From: a bacterium
GTDB taxonomy: Bacteria; Elusimicrobiota; Elusimicrobia; UBA1565; UBA9628
Direction of reading: 5' to 3'
Length of the DNA stretch: 64,000 nucleotides
Assembly (NCBI GenBank): GCA_021799485.1
Contig: JAJZAK010000008.1
Coordinates: 5,569-69,568 of the forward strand
The notes under the pieces were generated by a model. It ran no database searches and was not told where the DNA came from. It saw nothing but the letters and a program-made list of their open reading frames with translations. Shown here piece by piece: positions 42,204 through 50,893 of the stretch (positions are counted from its first letter, which is position 1; every line of letters starts with the position of its first letter). The position numbers and the translations under genes are program-made.

Positions 42204-42851
42204 GTGAACCGAGCTCTTAAACGCAGGCTTGGGGGGCTCCTCCTCGCCGTCGCGGCGTCGGTCGCCTCCGCTTACGGGGCCCGTGGCTTCACGGGGCGCG
42301 TCGAGATGAGGATTCCAGCGCCCGCTTTTCGCGTGATGGGCAGCGCCTCGGCGCCGATCGAGATCGTCGAGTACTCCGACTTTCAATGTCCGGCCTGCCG
42401 CGCGGCCGAGGCGCCTCTGCGGGGGGCCTTGGGCCTCTATGGATACAAGGTGAGGCTTGTGTTCCGGGACGATCCCCTGACCACGATTCATCCTTGGGCC
42501 TTCGAGGCGGCCGTGGCGGCGGAATGTGCCGGACGGATGGGGAAGTTCTGGCCTTATCACGACATGCTCTACGACAACCAGGGCGAGTGGGTATCCTCCA
42601 AGGATCCGAAGGTCTTTTTCCGTTCCTACGCCCAAAAGCTGGGACTGAAGAGAAAGGCCTTTGACTCATGCCTATCGAGCCCCGAGGCCGCCTCCTCCGT
42701 GCGCTCGGACATGCAGCAGGCAAGAAACAGGTGGATCAGCGGCACCCCCACCTTTTTTATCAACGGCCGCCGCTTCGTCGGGGGCAATCAATTCGCATCG
42801 TTAGGAATTCATTGGATCGATCAAATCTTGAAAAAGAGGAACACGCCGTGA
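42204..42851 (+). CDS. DsbA-like thiol:disulfide oxidoreductase
   Basis: Signal peptide and a thioredoxin-fold CPAC active site (YSDFQCPACRAA). Confidence 0.75.
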   Translation: MNRALKRRLGGLLLAVAASVASAYGARGFTGRVEMRIPAPAFRVMGSASAPIEIVEYSDFQCPACRAAEAPLRGALGLYGYKVRLVFRDDPLTTIHPWAFEAAVAAECAGRMGKFWPYHDMLYDNQGEWVSSKDPKVFFRSYAQKLGLKRKAFDSCLSSPEAASSVRSDMQQARNRWISGTPTFFINGRRFVGGNQFASLGIHWIDQILKKRNTP

Positions 42852-43321
42852 GCGGCTCGCTGGGAGACTGGCTTGGCTTCCTTGGCCGCCTGGCGGTCGG
42901 GGGGGCGCTCGTGGCGGCCGGAGCCCTGAAGGCTTCGGCGCCCTCTCAGGAATTCGCGGTCGTGATCGACGCCTACCGGATCGTCTCGCCGGGGGCAAGC
43001 CTCGCGATCGCCGCCGTCCTGCCCTGGGCCGAGCTTGTCGTCGGTTTTTGCCTGCTGTTGGGCGATTTTACGAGGCCCGCGGCGGCCGCCGCGGGCGGGC
43101 TCGTGGCCTCCTTCGTCGCGGCTCTCCTGTCGGTGAAGATGCGGCATATGGAACTACCCAATTGCGGCTGTTTTGGCGCCGCCTTCCACCCGAGCCTGGG
43201 CCACGCCCTGGCGATGGACGCGGTCCTCTTCATCCTGGCCTACGCGGCGTATTCGAGAGGAGCGCGCCTGTGGAGCTGGGACCGATGGGCCAGCGGCCCC
43301 GCGAGGGAGCGGCATGGCTAG
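42848..43321 (+). CDS. DoxX/MauE-like membrane protein
   Basis: Four predicted TM helices. GTG start overlaps the DsbA-like stop. Confidence 0.45.
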   Translation: MSGSLGDWLGFLGRLAVGGALVAAGALKASAPSQEFAVVIDAYRIVSPGASLAIAAVLPWAELVVGFCLLLGDFTRPAAAAAGGLVASFVAALLSVKMRHMELPNCGCFGAAFHPSLGHALAMDAVLFILAYAAYSRGARLWSWDRWASGPARERHG

Positions 43322-43712
43322 GAAATTGATCCTGGCCGTCGACGACGACGCCTCGATTTGCGAGTTTTACTCCGAAGGGCTTCCGGCCCTGGGCTACGAC
43401 GTGGCCTGCGCGACGTCGGCGCAAAAAGCCAAGGAATGGCTCAAGAAGGAGAAGCCCGACCTGATCCTCATGGACATCATGATGCCGGGCGAGGACGGCA
43501 TATCGCTGACCCGCGATATCCGCCGGACTCTCGATATTCCCGTCATCGTGGTGAGCGGCCTCGCGGACGCCGGCACCTTAAACGACGCCCTTCTCTTCGG
43601 CGCGGCCGATTATCTTGTCAAGCCCATCGAACTCGACACGCTCAAGGCCAAGATCGAGAGGGTCTTCCAGGCCGTGGAGCGCCGCCGCTCCCAGGCGAAA
43701 GGAGAATCATGA
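43314..43712 (+). CDS. single-domain response regulator (CheY-like receiver)
   Basis: LAVDDD, DLILMDIMMPGEDG (phospho-acceptor Asp) and ...YLVKP. Confidence 0.8.
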   Translation: MARKLILAVDDDASICEFYSEGLPALGYDVACATSAQKAKEWLKKEKPDLILMDIMMPGEDGISLTRDIRRTLDIPVIVVSGLADAGTLNDALLFGAADYLVKPIELDTLKAKIERVFQAVERRRSQAKGES

Positions 43713-43894
43713 AACGAAGGGAGCTGATCAAGCATTTGACGGACAACGGCTGCGTCCTGTTGCGGGAAGGGGGGAAATACTCCGTTTATCGCAACGAGGC
43801 GACCGGGACCGAGGTCGCGGTGACGCGGCATCCGGAGCTCGAGGACTACGCCGCGCGCAAGATCTGCAAGCAGCTTGGCATCCCCGAGATTTAA
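43709..43894 (+). CDS. HicA-like mRNA interferase toxin (YcfA family), orphan
   Basis: MKRRELIKHLTDNGCVLLREGGKYSVYRN...VAVTRHPELEDYAARKICKQLGI aligns to HicA. ATGA overlap with the response regulator. Confidence 0.55.
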   Translation: MKRRELIKHLTDNGCVLLREGGKYSVYRNEATGTEVAVTRHPELEDYAARKICKQLGIPEI

Positions 43895-44513
43895 GCGGGG
43901 GCTTTTCGTCGTCCTGGACGGCCCCGACCGCTCCGGGAAATCGACGTTGGCCGGGCTTCTGTGTGAACGGCTTCGCCGCCGCGGCGTTTCCTGCCTGCGG
44001 ACGCGCGAGCCGGGCGGCGTTCCCCTGGCCGAGGCGCTCCGCCGCGTTCTCCTCGACAAGTCCAGGGCCATCGCGCCCTTCGCGGAGCTTCTTCTCTACG
44101 AGGCGGCCAGGACCCAGCATGCCCAGGATCTCATCCTTCCGGCTTTGTCGAAATACAGGGTGGTTCTCTGCGACCGCTTTAGCCCCGCGACTTACGCCTA
44201 CCAGGGCGCCGCGCGGGGGATCTCGCGCCGGTTGATCGATCTCATCGACGGCGTGGCGACGAAAGGGCTCCAACCCGACTTGACCGCCGTCATCGACCTG
44301 CCGGAGTCGGAATTCCAGAAGCGGGGGAGCCGATCGCGCGAGGACCGCTTGGAAAGGGAAGGAGAGCGATTTCGGCGGCTGGTCCGGGCGGGCTTCCGGG
44401 GCTACGTGCGCCGCCGCCGCGGGGCTTTCCTGATCGACGGCCGTAAAAACTCCGGGGAGATCGTGGGCGAGATTTTGAAGCGGCTCGATCCGTTGCTCAA
44501 GAGGCGGACGTGA
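43875..44513 (+). CDS. tmk: thymidylate kinase
   Basis: FVVLDGPDRSGKST P-loop, TREPGG and DRF. Start uncertain (TTG at 43875 or downstream). Confidence 0.8.
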   Translation: MASPRFKRGLFVVLDGPDRSGKSTLAGLLCERLRRRGVSCLRTREPGGVPLAEALRRVLLDKSRAIAPFAELLLYEAARTQHAQDLILPALSKYRVVLCDRFSPATYAYQGAARGISRRLIDLIDGVATKGLQPDLTAVIDLPESEFQKRGSRSREDRLEREGERFRRLVRAGFRGYVRRRRGAFLIDGRKNSGEIVGEILKRLDPLLKRRT

Positions 44514-45442
44514 AAGGCCAGGAACGGGCCCTCAAGATCCTCTCCGGCTTCCGATGCTCGGGGAAGATCCCGTCGGCGCTCTTGTTTCACGGCCCCCCGG
44601 GAGTCGGCAAGAGGACTCTCGCCCTCGAGTGGGCCGCGGCGATCGTCTGCGAACGCCCTGGCGAAGAGGGCGCCGCCTGCGGGGCATGCCGCGGCTGCGA
44701 GGCCGCCGGCCGAGGGGCGCATCCGGACTTGCGGCTCGTCGGCGCCGCCTACCAGGCGGCTCTCCTCGGCGAGGAGCCCGAGACGCAGCGCGCCCTCAAG
44801 GTGGACACCATCCGGCACCTGCGCCGGGAGATGGAGACGACGTCCCTGTGGGGCGGTTGGAAGATCTCCATTCTGGAGGATGCGCAGACGCTCGAGTCCG
44901 CCTCGGCGAACGCCCTCCTCAAGATCTTGGAGGAGCCCAAGCCCCGCACGCTTTGGATTCTTCTCGCCGTGTCGCCGGAGTCCCTCCCCAAAACGATCGT
45001 CTCCCGCTGCGCCCGCGTGCCCTTCAGCGCCCTGCGCGCGGGCGACGTCGAGGAGATTCTGGCCGCGAGGGGAGTCCCGGCCCCGAAGGCGCGGGCGATC
45101 GCGCGGCTCTCTGGCGGCTCGGCGGGCCGGGCGGTCGAGATGTGGGAGGAGGCCGCCGACGGCGAGGAGGAGGCTCCGGCGAAGGGAGATCCCCTCGCTC
45201 CTTTCTCGCTGGCGGAATCTTTGCCGCGGGAATTGCCGCTCGCGCGCAGGAAGGCGGAGCGGATCATCGCCTTGGAGATCGAGAAGCTGCGGCTGGATGT
45301 GATCGAAAGACGGGTTCCCTTCTCGAAAGCCGGCCCAGCGCTCCGGGAGCTGCGGGATCTCCTGCGAGCCGTCGGATCCAACGCCGATCCCCGAGCGGCC
45401 GTCGTCCTCTCGCGGATCGCCCTCGAGGTCCTTTCATCATGA
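44510..45442 (+). CDS. holB: DNA polymerase III delta-prime subunit
   Basis: ALLFHGPPGVGKRT, Zn module CGACRGC and SRC motif TIVSRCARVPF. Confidence 0.85.
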   Translation: MKGQERALKILSGFRCSGKIPSALLFHGPPGVGKRTLALEWAAAIVCERPGEEGAACGACRGCEAAGRGAHPDLRLVGAAYQAALLGEEPETQRALKVDTIRHLRREMETTSLWGGWKISILEDAQTLESASANALLKILEEPKPRTLWILLAVSPESLPKTIVSRCARVPFSALRAGDVEEILAARGVPAPKARAIARLSGGSAGRAVEMWEEAADGEEEAPAKGDPLAPFSLAESLPRELPLARRKAERIIALEIEKLRLDVIERRVPFSKAGPALRELRDLLRAVGSNADPRAAVVLSRIALEVLSS

Positions 45443-45448
45443 AAGTGG

Positions 45449-45516
45449 AAAACCGGTGACACCATACCTATTTCTTATTCATAACGCGGGGAATGCGTAT
45501 GGTGTCACCGGTTTTT
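45449..45516. terminator. long perfect hairpin: 19-bp stem, 30-nt AT-rich loop, then a T-run. holB terminator and/or metG leader structure
   Basis: AAAACCGGTGACACCATAC ... GTATGGTGTCACCGGTTTT followed by TTTC, ending 4 nt before the metG ATG. Confidence 0.5.
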
Positions 45517-45520
45517 CTAT

Positions 45521-47029
45521 ATGAAGCCCTTCTATATCACGACGCCGATCTACTACATCAACGCGGCGCCGCATATCGGGCACGCCTACACGACGATCGC
45601 GGCGGATGTCCTCGCGCGGACGCTGAGGCTCCAGGGCCGCCCGGTTCACCTCCTGACCGGCACCGACGAGCACGGGCTCAAGATCGAGAAGGCCGCGTCG
45701 GCGGCGAAGCTATCCCCGAGGGAATACGCGGACGGCGTCTCCGCCAAGTTCCGAGAACTATGGAAGGCTCTCGACGTCCTGCCGGACGATTTCATCCGCA
45801 CGACCGAGCCGAGGCACGAGGAGACCGTGCGGCGCGCCTTCGCCGCGATGATCGAGTCGGGGGACATCTACAAGGGCCGCTACAGCGGATTCTATTGCGT
45901 CTCGGACGAGACTTTTTGGACGGAGAAGGAGACTCTGTCGGGCCCCGGCGGGGGCAAACTTTGCCCGAATCCCGACTGCAAGAGGCCGCTTGAACGCGTG
46001 GAGGAGGAAAGCTATTTTTTCAGGCTCTCCACCTACGGCGGCAAGCTCCTGAGCCACTACGAGTCCCATCCGGAGTTCCTCGCGCCCTCATCGCGCTCCT
46101 CGGAGATGAAGAACTTCGTCAAGGCGGGGCTTCAGGACATCTCTGTCTCGCGCACGAAGGTTCGATGGGGCCTTCCCGTTCCCGGGGACGAGGCTCACAC
46201 GGTCTATGTCTGGTTCGACGCTCTTTTGAATTATCTCGCCGCGGCGGAGTCGAAAGACGCCTCTCTTTGGCCCCCCGACGTCCACGTCGTCGGGAAGGAA
46301 ATCTACCGCTTCCACGCGGTCGTCTGGCCCGCGATGCTCATGGCTCTGGGGCGGGAGCTTCCTGGTAAGGTCTTCGCCCACGGCTGGTGGACGGTCGAGG
46401 GGGAGAAAATGTCGAAGTCCAAGGGCAATTTTGTCGATCCCTTGGCGGTCACGGGGGAATTCGGAGTGGACGCGTTTCGTTTTTTTCTCTTCCGCGAGAT
46501 GCCCTTCGGCCAGGACGGGGATTTCTCGCTTGCCTCCATGAAGCGCCGCTACAACGCCGATCTGGCCAACGACCTCGGCAATCTCGTCAATCGCGGCTGC
46601 GACATGGCGGCGCGTTATCTCGGCGGGGCGATCCCGGAGGCTCTGCCGGACGGGCCCTTGCTCGACCGCGCGAAATTCATGGCCGCGGGCGCCGCGGCCT
46701 CCGCGGCGATCGAGAGGCTCGAATTCGGGGCGGCGCTCCATGATTTGTGGACCGCGATCGGAGGCTTGAACGGCTGGTTGAACGAGAAGGCGCCCTGGAC
46801 CGTCGCGAAGACCGATCCCCCCAAGGCCGCCGCCGTGATCTCGGAGCTTTTATGGGCGCTGCGGGCGATCGGCTGCTGGATCGCGCCCTTCATGCCCGGC
46901 ACGTCCGCGCGAATCCATGAGAGGATCGGCGTCCCGAAGGCGCCATGGCCGAGGACCCCGGACGAGGCCCGGCCCGTTTCCGCCGGCGCGGTCAAGAAAG
47001 GCGAGCCGCTCTTTCCTCGGAAAGCCTAA
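45521..47029 (+). CDS. metG: methionyl-tRNA synthetase (short form, no C-terminal tRNA-binding domain)
   Basis: PIYYINAAPHIGHAYT (HIGH), four-Cys knuckle CPNPDCKRP, and KMSKSKGN (KMSKS). Confidence 0.9.
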   Translation: MKPFYITTPIYYINAAPHIGHAYTTIAADVLARTLRLQGRPVHLLTGTDEHGLKIEKAASAAKLSPREYADGVSAKFRELWKALDVLPDDFIRTTEPRHEETVRRAFAAMIESGDIYKGRYSGFYCVSDETFWTEKETLSGPGGGKLCPNPDCKRPLERVEEESYFFRLSTYGGKLLSHYESHPEFLAPSSRSSEMKNFVKAGLQDISVSRTKVRWGLPVPGDEAHTVYVWFDALLNYLAAAESKDASLWPPDVHVVGKEIYRFHAVVWPAMLMALGRELPGKVFAHGWWTVEGEKMSKSKGNFVDPLAVTGEFGVDAFRFFLFREMPFGQDGDFSLASMKRRYNADLANDLGNLVNRGCDMAARYLGGAIPEALPDGPLLDRAKFMAAGAAASAAIERLEFGAALHDLWTAIGGLNGWLNEKAPWTVAKTDPPKAAAVISELLWALRAIGCWIAPFMPGTSARIHERIGVPKAPWPRTPDEARPVSAGAVKKGEPLFPRKA

Positions 47030-47067
47030 CCCTGGTTTCTTGGTCCGTCAAGGGGGCGGGACGAGTT

Positions 47068-47862
47068 TTACCGAAGATTTGCCGTGCCGGGACGGGGTCT
47101 GAAAAGTTGCCGAGCCTTCCTTAATAAGGAGCCCAGGGGGCCGGCCAGGGCATAGCCGGCGAAGACGGCGAAAACCGCGTTTTGGGGGTAGAGCACCAAG
47201 GTCGCGGCCAGGAGCGCGTAGAAGAGAATCATCAAGGGAGACTTGGGGCGGAGTTTGCCCGGGTCCTTGAACGCGGGGTAGGGGATGGTCGAGATCATGA
47301 GGAAGGCGAGGCCCAAGGTGGCGACGGGGATGAGCCCGTAGAGGGAGGGGACCTCGGACATGAGGAATTTCCAGGTCCGGGCGGGACGCCCCTCCTCGAT
47401 GATTTGGTAGAGCCAGACGAAGGAGGCCAGCACCCCGGCCGCGGCCGGGATGGGCAGGCCCGTGAAGTGGGTCTTGCTCGACCCCGCGCCGTGGGCGACG
47501 GCGTTGAATCGCGCCAAGCGCAGGCCCCCGCAGAGCGCATAGAGGAAGGCGAGCAGATAGCCCCAGGCGCCGTAGTCTTTCAGGATGAAGGAGAACATCA
47601 TCCACGCGGGGGCCACGCCGAAGCTGAGGAAGTCGGAGAGGGAGTCGAACTCGATGCCGAAAGTGGATTCCGCCCGAACAAGCCGCGCCACGCGCCCGTC
47701 CAAGGAATCGAAAACCATGCCGAGGAGGATCGCCACGGCCGCGGGTCCGTACTCGTCTCGTCCGACGGCGACCAAGGAGTAAAATCCGCATGCCATGTTG
47801 CCGAGTGTGAAAAGGGACGGCGCCAAGACGCGGCTTGCGCGGCCGAATTCAATCAGCGCCAT
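47068..47862 (-). CDS. pssA: CDP-diacylglycerol--serine O-phosphatidyltransferase (CDP-alcohol phosphatidyltransferase family)
   Basis: DSLDGRVAR...G...D motif of the CDP-OH phosphatidyltransferase family; multiple TM segments. Start at MALIEF. Confidence 0.75.
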   Translation of the reverse strand: MALIEFGRASRVLAPSLFTLGNMACGFYSLVAVGRDEYGPAAVAILLGMVFDSLDGRVARLVRAESTFGIEFDSLSDFLSFGVAPAWMMFSFILKDYGAWGYLLAFLYALCGGLRLARFNAVAHGAGSSKTHFTGLPIPAAAGVLASFVWLYQIIEEGRPARTWKFLMSEVPSLYGLIPVATLGLAFLMISTIPYPAFKDPGKLRPKSPLMILFYALLAATLVLYPQNAVFAVFAGYALAGPLGSLLRKARQLFRPRPGTANLR

Positions 47863-48515
47863 TGGGCGATGGGCGTGACGCCGGCCGCGACTCGCACGCC
47901 GGGGATGACGATCGGCGCGGCCGATGGGGGAAGGTGGACCGCGACCTGGGAGCCGAAATGAATGATGCCGTAGCGGTCTCCCGCCTGGCCGCTGGCGCCC
48001 TCCCTCATCCAACATTCGATGCGGCGCGCGAGCAGCCCCGCGATCTGCTCGACGACGACCGGCTCCGGGCGGCCGTCGGGGACGAGCGTCAGCGCAAGCC
48101 GCTCGTTTTGGCGCGCGGCGGCGGCCATCGCGGCCTGGAAGGCGCCTTTATGGTATTCGATCGCTTGGACGCGCCCCGAACAGGGCAGGCGCTGGACGTG
48201 CACGTCGAAGACGGAGAGGAAGATGCGCACCGTCTTGCCGCCGCCGTCGCGCTCCTGCTCGACGCTCAAGACCCGGCCGTCCCCCGGGGCGTAGATCTTG
48301 GAGGGGTCGTCCGGCGACGGCCGATCAGGGTCGCGATAGAAATAGAGGAGGAGCCCCGACGCGACGAGGGCCAGCAGGGCGAGGACGCCGGCCAGTGCCG
48401 TCGCCCGGTTCGCGGCGCCTCCGATGGAGAGCAGGGCAAGGAAGAAGACGACGATCGTCCCGGCGGCGATGAAGGAGAGAAGGACGGGTTTTTCCCCGGG
48501 CTGGGCGATTTTCAT
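47853..48515 (-). CDS. psd: phosphatidylserine decarboxylase proenzyme (short form)
   Basis: N-terminal TM region. C-terminal ...IIHFGSQV resembles the Psd self-cleavage (GS[TQ]) region. Overlaps pssA. Confidence 0.65.
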   Translation of the reverse strand: MKIAQPGEKPVLLSFIAAGTIVVFFLALLSIGGAANRATALAGVLALLALVASGLLLYFYRDPDRPSPDDPSKIYAPGDGRVLSVEQERDGGGKTVRIFLSVFDVHVQRLPCSGRVQAIEYHKGAFQAAMAAAARQNERLALTLVPDGRPEPVVVEQIAGLLARRIECWMREGASGQAGDRYGIIHFGSQVAVHLPPSAAPIVIPGVRVAAGVTPIAQWR

Positions 48516-48529
48516 GGATCCGTTTTTTC

Positions 48530-48613
48530 TGGGCAGGGCGGGAATCGAACCCGCACGGCCTTGCGGCCGAGGGATTTTAAGTCCCTTGCGTCTGCCAGTT
48601 CCGCCACCTGCCC
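48530..48613 (-). tRNA. tRNA-Leu (anticodon UAA), type II with a long variable arm
   Basis: Reverse complement GGGCAGGTGGCGGAACTGGCAGACGCAAGGGACTTAAAATCCCTCGGCCGCAAGGCCGTGCGGGTTCGATTCCCGCCCTGCCCA folds with a 7-bp acceptor stem, U8, a CTTAAAA anticodon loop, a long variable arm and a GTTCGATTC T-loop. Confidence 0.8.
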
Positions 48614-48702
48614 GTGTAGGAAATTCAAGGATTTTTTTGAGCGCGGGGTCTAAAAGTTACACGGATGTGGCCAAAATGCGGCCAAATCCGGGAATGCGTG
48701 TT

Positions 48703-48784
48703 CATGCGTGTAAAGGATTTTACCCTTTTTTACACGCATGGGCCTGGATGCGTGTCAGCGGGGGGCGAGTAGTCCCTTGCGTCT
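48703..48784. repeat. 12-bp inverted repeat (CATGCGTGTAAA...TTTACACGCATG) plus a GGCGAGTAGTCCCTTGCGTC repeat copy next to the tRNA
   Basis: Perfect 12-bp arms at 48703-48714 and 48729-48740. A 19-20-nt element shared with 59204-59223 includes a 12-14-nt match to the tRNA-Leu D/anticodon-arm sequence. Confidence 0.45.
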
Positions 48785-48840
48785 TGGTGGTGGAGCTCCT
48801 TCTTGGTAGGGAGTTGGGGGCATAAGATGCTTAACGAAGC

Positions 48841-49134
48841 CTATCGTTGTAATTTGGGATCGTTGGGTAATCGCCCATGAGTTTCAAGGTGTGCGAGCCA
48901 TTGGTAGTAGCTCTCAGCCATTATGATTGCGTCCTCTAAGTGCACGCCATGTCCGCTTTTATCGGCCGCACGCATGAGGAACTCGATTCGCATCTTGGCC
49001 AACTCGATGGCTTTGTTGACCAAGAGTTCGCGCCTTCGTGCCTTCCGGTCAAAATACTGTCCCACCAGGGCGACTATTCCCGAGACGATTGCGCCGGTCA
49101 AGGAGGCCGTCAGGATCGTTTGGATCACAGTCAT
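48841..49134 (-). CDS. hypothetical small membrane-anchored protein
   Basis: MTVIQTILTASLTGAIVSGIVALV TM helix followed by a charged helix. Lower-GC codon usage. Confidence 0.3.
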   Translation of the reverse strand: MTVIQTILTASLTGAIVSGIVALVGQYFDRKARRRELLVNKAIELAKMRIEFLMRAADKSGHGVHLEDAIIMAESYYQWLAHLETHGRLPNDPKLQR

Positions 49135-49145
49135 TATGCGCCTTC

Positions 49146-50054
49146 CTATGTCGGCTCGGAGGATGGCTCTGGGGGTGCGATAGCCGAAGGGATATCTTGC
49201 TTGCTGAGGAAGGCCAGGAACTGCTGGCACATGGATAAGCTGGCGAGTGCCTCGGAGCGCGTGGCGGGATGGCCCGAATGAGGTCCTATGGAAGCGAACC
49301 CCTTCAGTGCGTCATAGAGTTTCTTCGTGTTGTCGCGTCGGAGCGATTGATCCTTGTCGCCATCCAAGGTTTTGATATATCCCCTGAATGGCTCTCCTAG
49401 GCCCTCAACGGCCTTTCTGGCCTCCATGAGGGTGCCGGGATAGTCGCCACCCAGGAAGCGACGCTTGGCGTCGTTGATATGGGCCCAGGAGGAGGCGAAT
49501 ATCTTCCTGTTGACGTCGTCTTTCGGGAGGACAACCTCAATTGGCAATATCTCAGCGTAGTTCCATCGACCCAGGACCTCTATCCACTCAGCTTGCGAAA
49601 CTTGGAAGTCGCTTCTACCATCTCGAACGAGATCGGCCTGCAACCAGAAGATGGATTGGACCTCGCTCTTCTCCTTGGCCACTTCCGCACACATGAATTG
49701 GAGACCAGCGGAGAATCCTACTCCACCACCATCCCGATACTTCTCGATTTCATGCACGGTTTCCCAGTCGAGGGATAGGACCAATTGGTCCTGCCACTTG
49801 TTGTGTGGATGGAACTCCATGGGGTAGGGAGGGGATTGCAGGCAAAGGCGGGAGAGCGGTCCCAGGTAGCGATCTCCTTGCGAAGTTCGTAATAACATTG
49901 TGCCCTCGATCCCCAAGACGGCGATTACGAAGGGATGCGTGCTCGTGGCGGTAACCCGGAAGACGATAGTCGGCCTGGCGGCATTGGGGAGGCCGTATAC
50001 GCCGGCCACTTCGACCTCAAATCGCGAATTGAGCCTGCTCTTATATGTTGCCAC
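49146..50054 (-). CDS. hypothetical protein (302 aa) in the lower-GC patch
   Basis: Long ORF with atypical composition for this genome. No motifs recognised. Confidence 0.4.
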   Translation of the reverse strand: MATYKSRLNSRFEVEVAGVYGLPNAARPTIVFRVTATSTHPFVIAVLGIEGTMLLRTSQGDRYLGPLSRLCLQSPPYPMEFHPHNKWQDQLVLSLDWETVHEIEKYRDGGGVGFSAGLQFMCAEVAKEKSEVQSIFWLQADLVRDGRSDFQVSQAEWIEVLGRWNYAEILPIEVVLPKDDVNRKIFASSWAHINDAKRRFLGGDYPGTLMEARKAVEGLGEPFRGYIKTLDGDKDQSLRRDNTKKLYDALKGFASIGPHSGHPATRSEALASLSMCQQFLAFLSKQDIPSAIAPPEPSSEPT

Positions 50055-50063
50055 CCCGATCCT

Positions 50064-50140
50064 CGTTTGGCGATTCTAGTAAATCATCCCCAGATGACGT
50101 GTCCGCGCAAGGAGAAAAGTCCTTTACGTCCTCAACGCGG
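50064..50140. repeat. about 80-nt repeated element, copy 1, with a palindromic core GATTCTAGTAAATC, upstream of the 302-aa minus-strand gene
   Basis: About 75% identical to 59165-59240. Lies 10-85 nt upstream of the start codon at 50054. Confidence 0.5.
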
Positions 50141-50851
50141 GACTGGGCGCCGCATCTGGATCGGGAGCCCATAGGCGTCCCGTTCCTCGCCCGCGGCCTT
50201 GATCGTGGCCTCCGGCCGCCATGTCGCGGCCGTGACGCAGGCCACGACCGCGTCCAATACGTCGTCCTCCTGCAACTTGTTGCGGGGCCACGAGCCCGAC
50301 GCCTTGGTCACGGCCACGTCTAGGCCCGGCACAAAGCATCTCAGAAGCGCCCGCCGGGCCCGCAGGCCATCTTTCTTCTTCTTGCCGATCATCAGGGGAA
50401 CGCCGCCATTCAGGGCCGCAAAGCAGGTCTCGGGATGCACCTCCCAGATGCGGCCGGCGCTCCCAGGTTGGGTCATCAGATAACGGTCTACCTCGTCAAT
50501 CTTCGGCATGATCGCGAATGCCTGTCGCGACAGCCCCTTCCCGCAGAGTTCCCAGTGTAGGCGGTTGGCCTTCTCGTAGGTCTTGGCGGCAAGAACGGGC
50601 CTGGGAGGCGCCGGGAACACGCACATCCAGCGCGCGCCCAGGGCTTTGCGGGCGAGTAGGTCAACCGCCCTACCGTCACGCTCGCCAAGGCCGATCGGGA
50701 TGTCCACGGCGACGTGGGCGGCATCCTTGGCGGCGTCGATCGCGTCCGCGAACGTCGAGTGAACGCCGACCTTGACCGTCAACGCGCGCGCCGAGCCCGT
50801 ACCCATGGCTAGGCACCATCCGCCCCGGCAACCGTCGATTCCGGCGACCAT
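50132..50851 (-). CDS. DUF429 family protein (predicted RNase H-like nuclease fold)
   Basis: N-terminal MVAGIDGCRGGW matches the DUF429 signature (GIDGC.GGW). Confidence 0.55.
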   Translation of the reverse strand: MVAGIDGCRGGWCLAMGTGSARALTVKVGVHSTFADAIDAAKDAAHVAVDIPIGLGERDGRAVDLLARKALGARWMCVFPAPPRPVLAAKTYEKANRLHWELCGKGLSRQAFAIMPKIDEVDRYLMTQPGSAGRIWEVHPETCFAALNGGVPLMIGKKKKDGLRARRALLRCFVPGLDVAVTKASGSWPRNKLQEDDVLDAVVACVTAATWRPEATIKAAGEERDAYGLPIQMRRPVPR

Positions 50852-50893
50852 CTTGTGCGTGGAGGTGCTGCCTGTCGAGGGGATATGTTGCCT

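Noticed and set aside
40971-42635. 554-aa minus-strand ORF antisense to the subtilisin and DsbA-like genes
   Set aside because: The plus-strand genes have catalytic triad and CxxC motifs. The antisense frame has none
43358-43894. 178-aa plus-strand ORF that would fuse a long N-terminal extension to the HicA-like sequence
   Set aside because: The extension is out of frame with, and overlaps, the response-regulator gene. A HicA-sized product starting at the internal ATG (43709) is far more plausible
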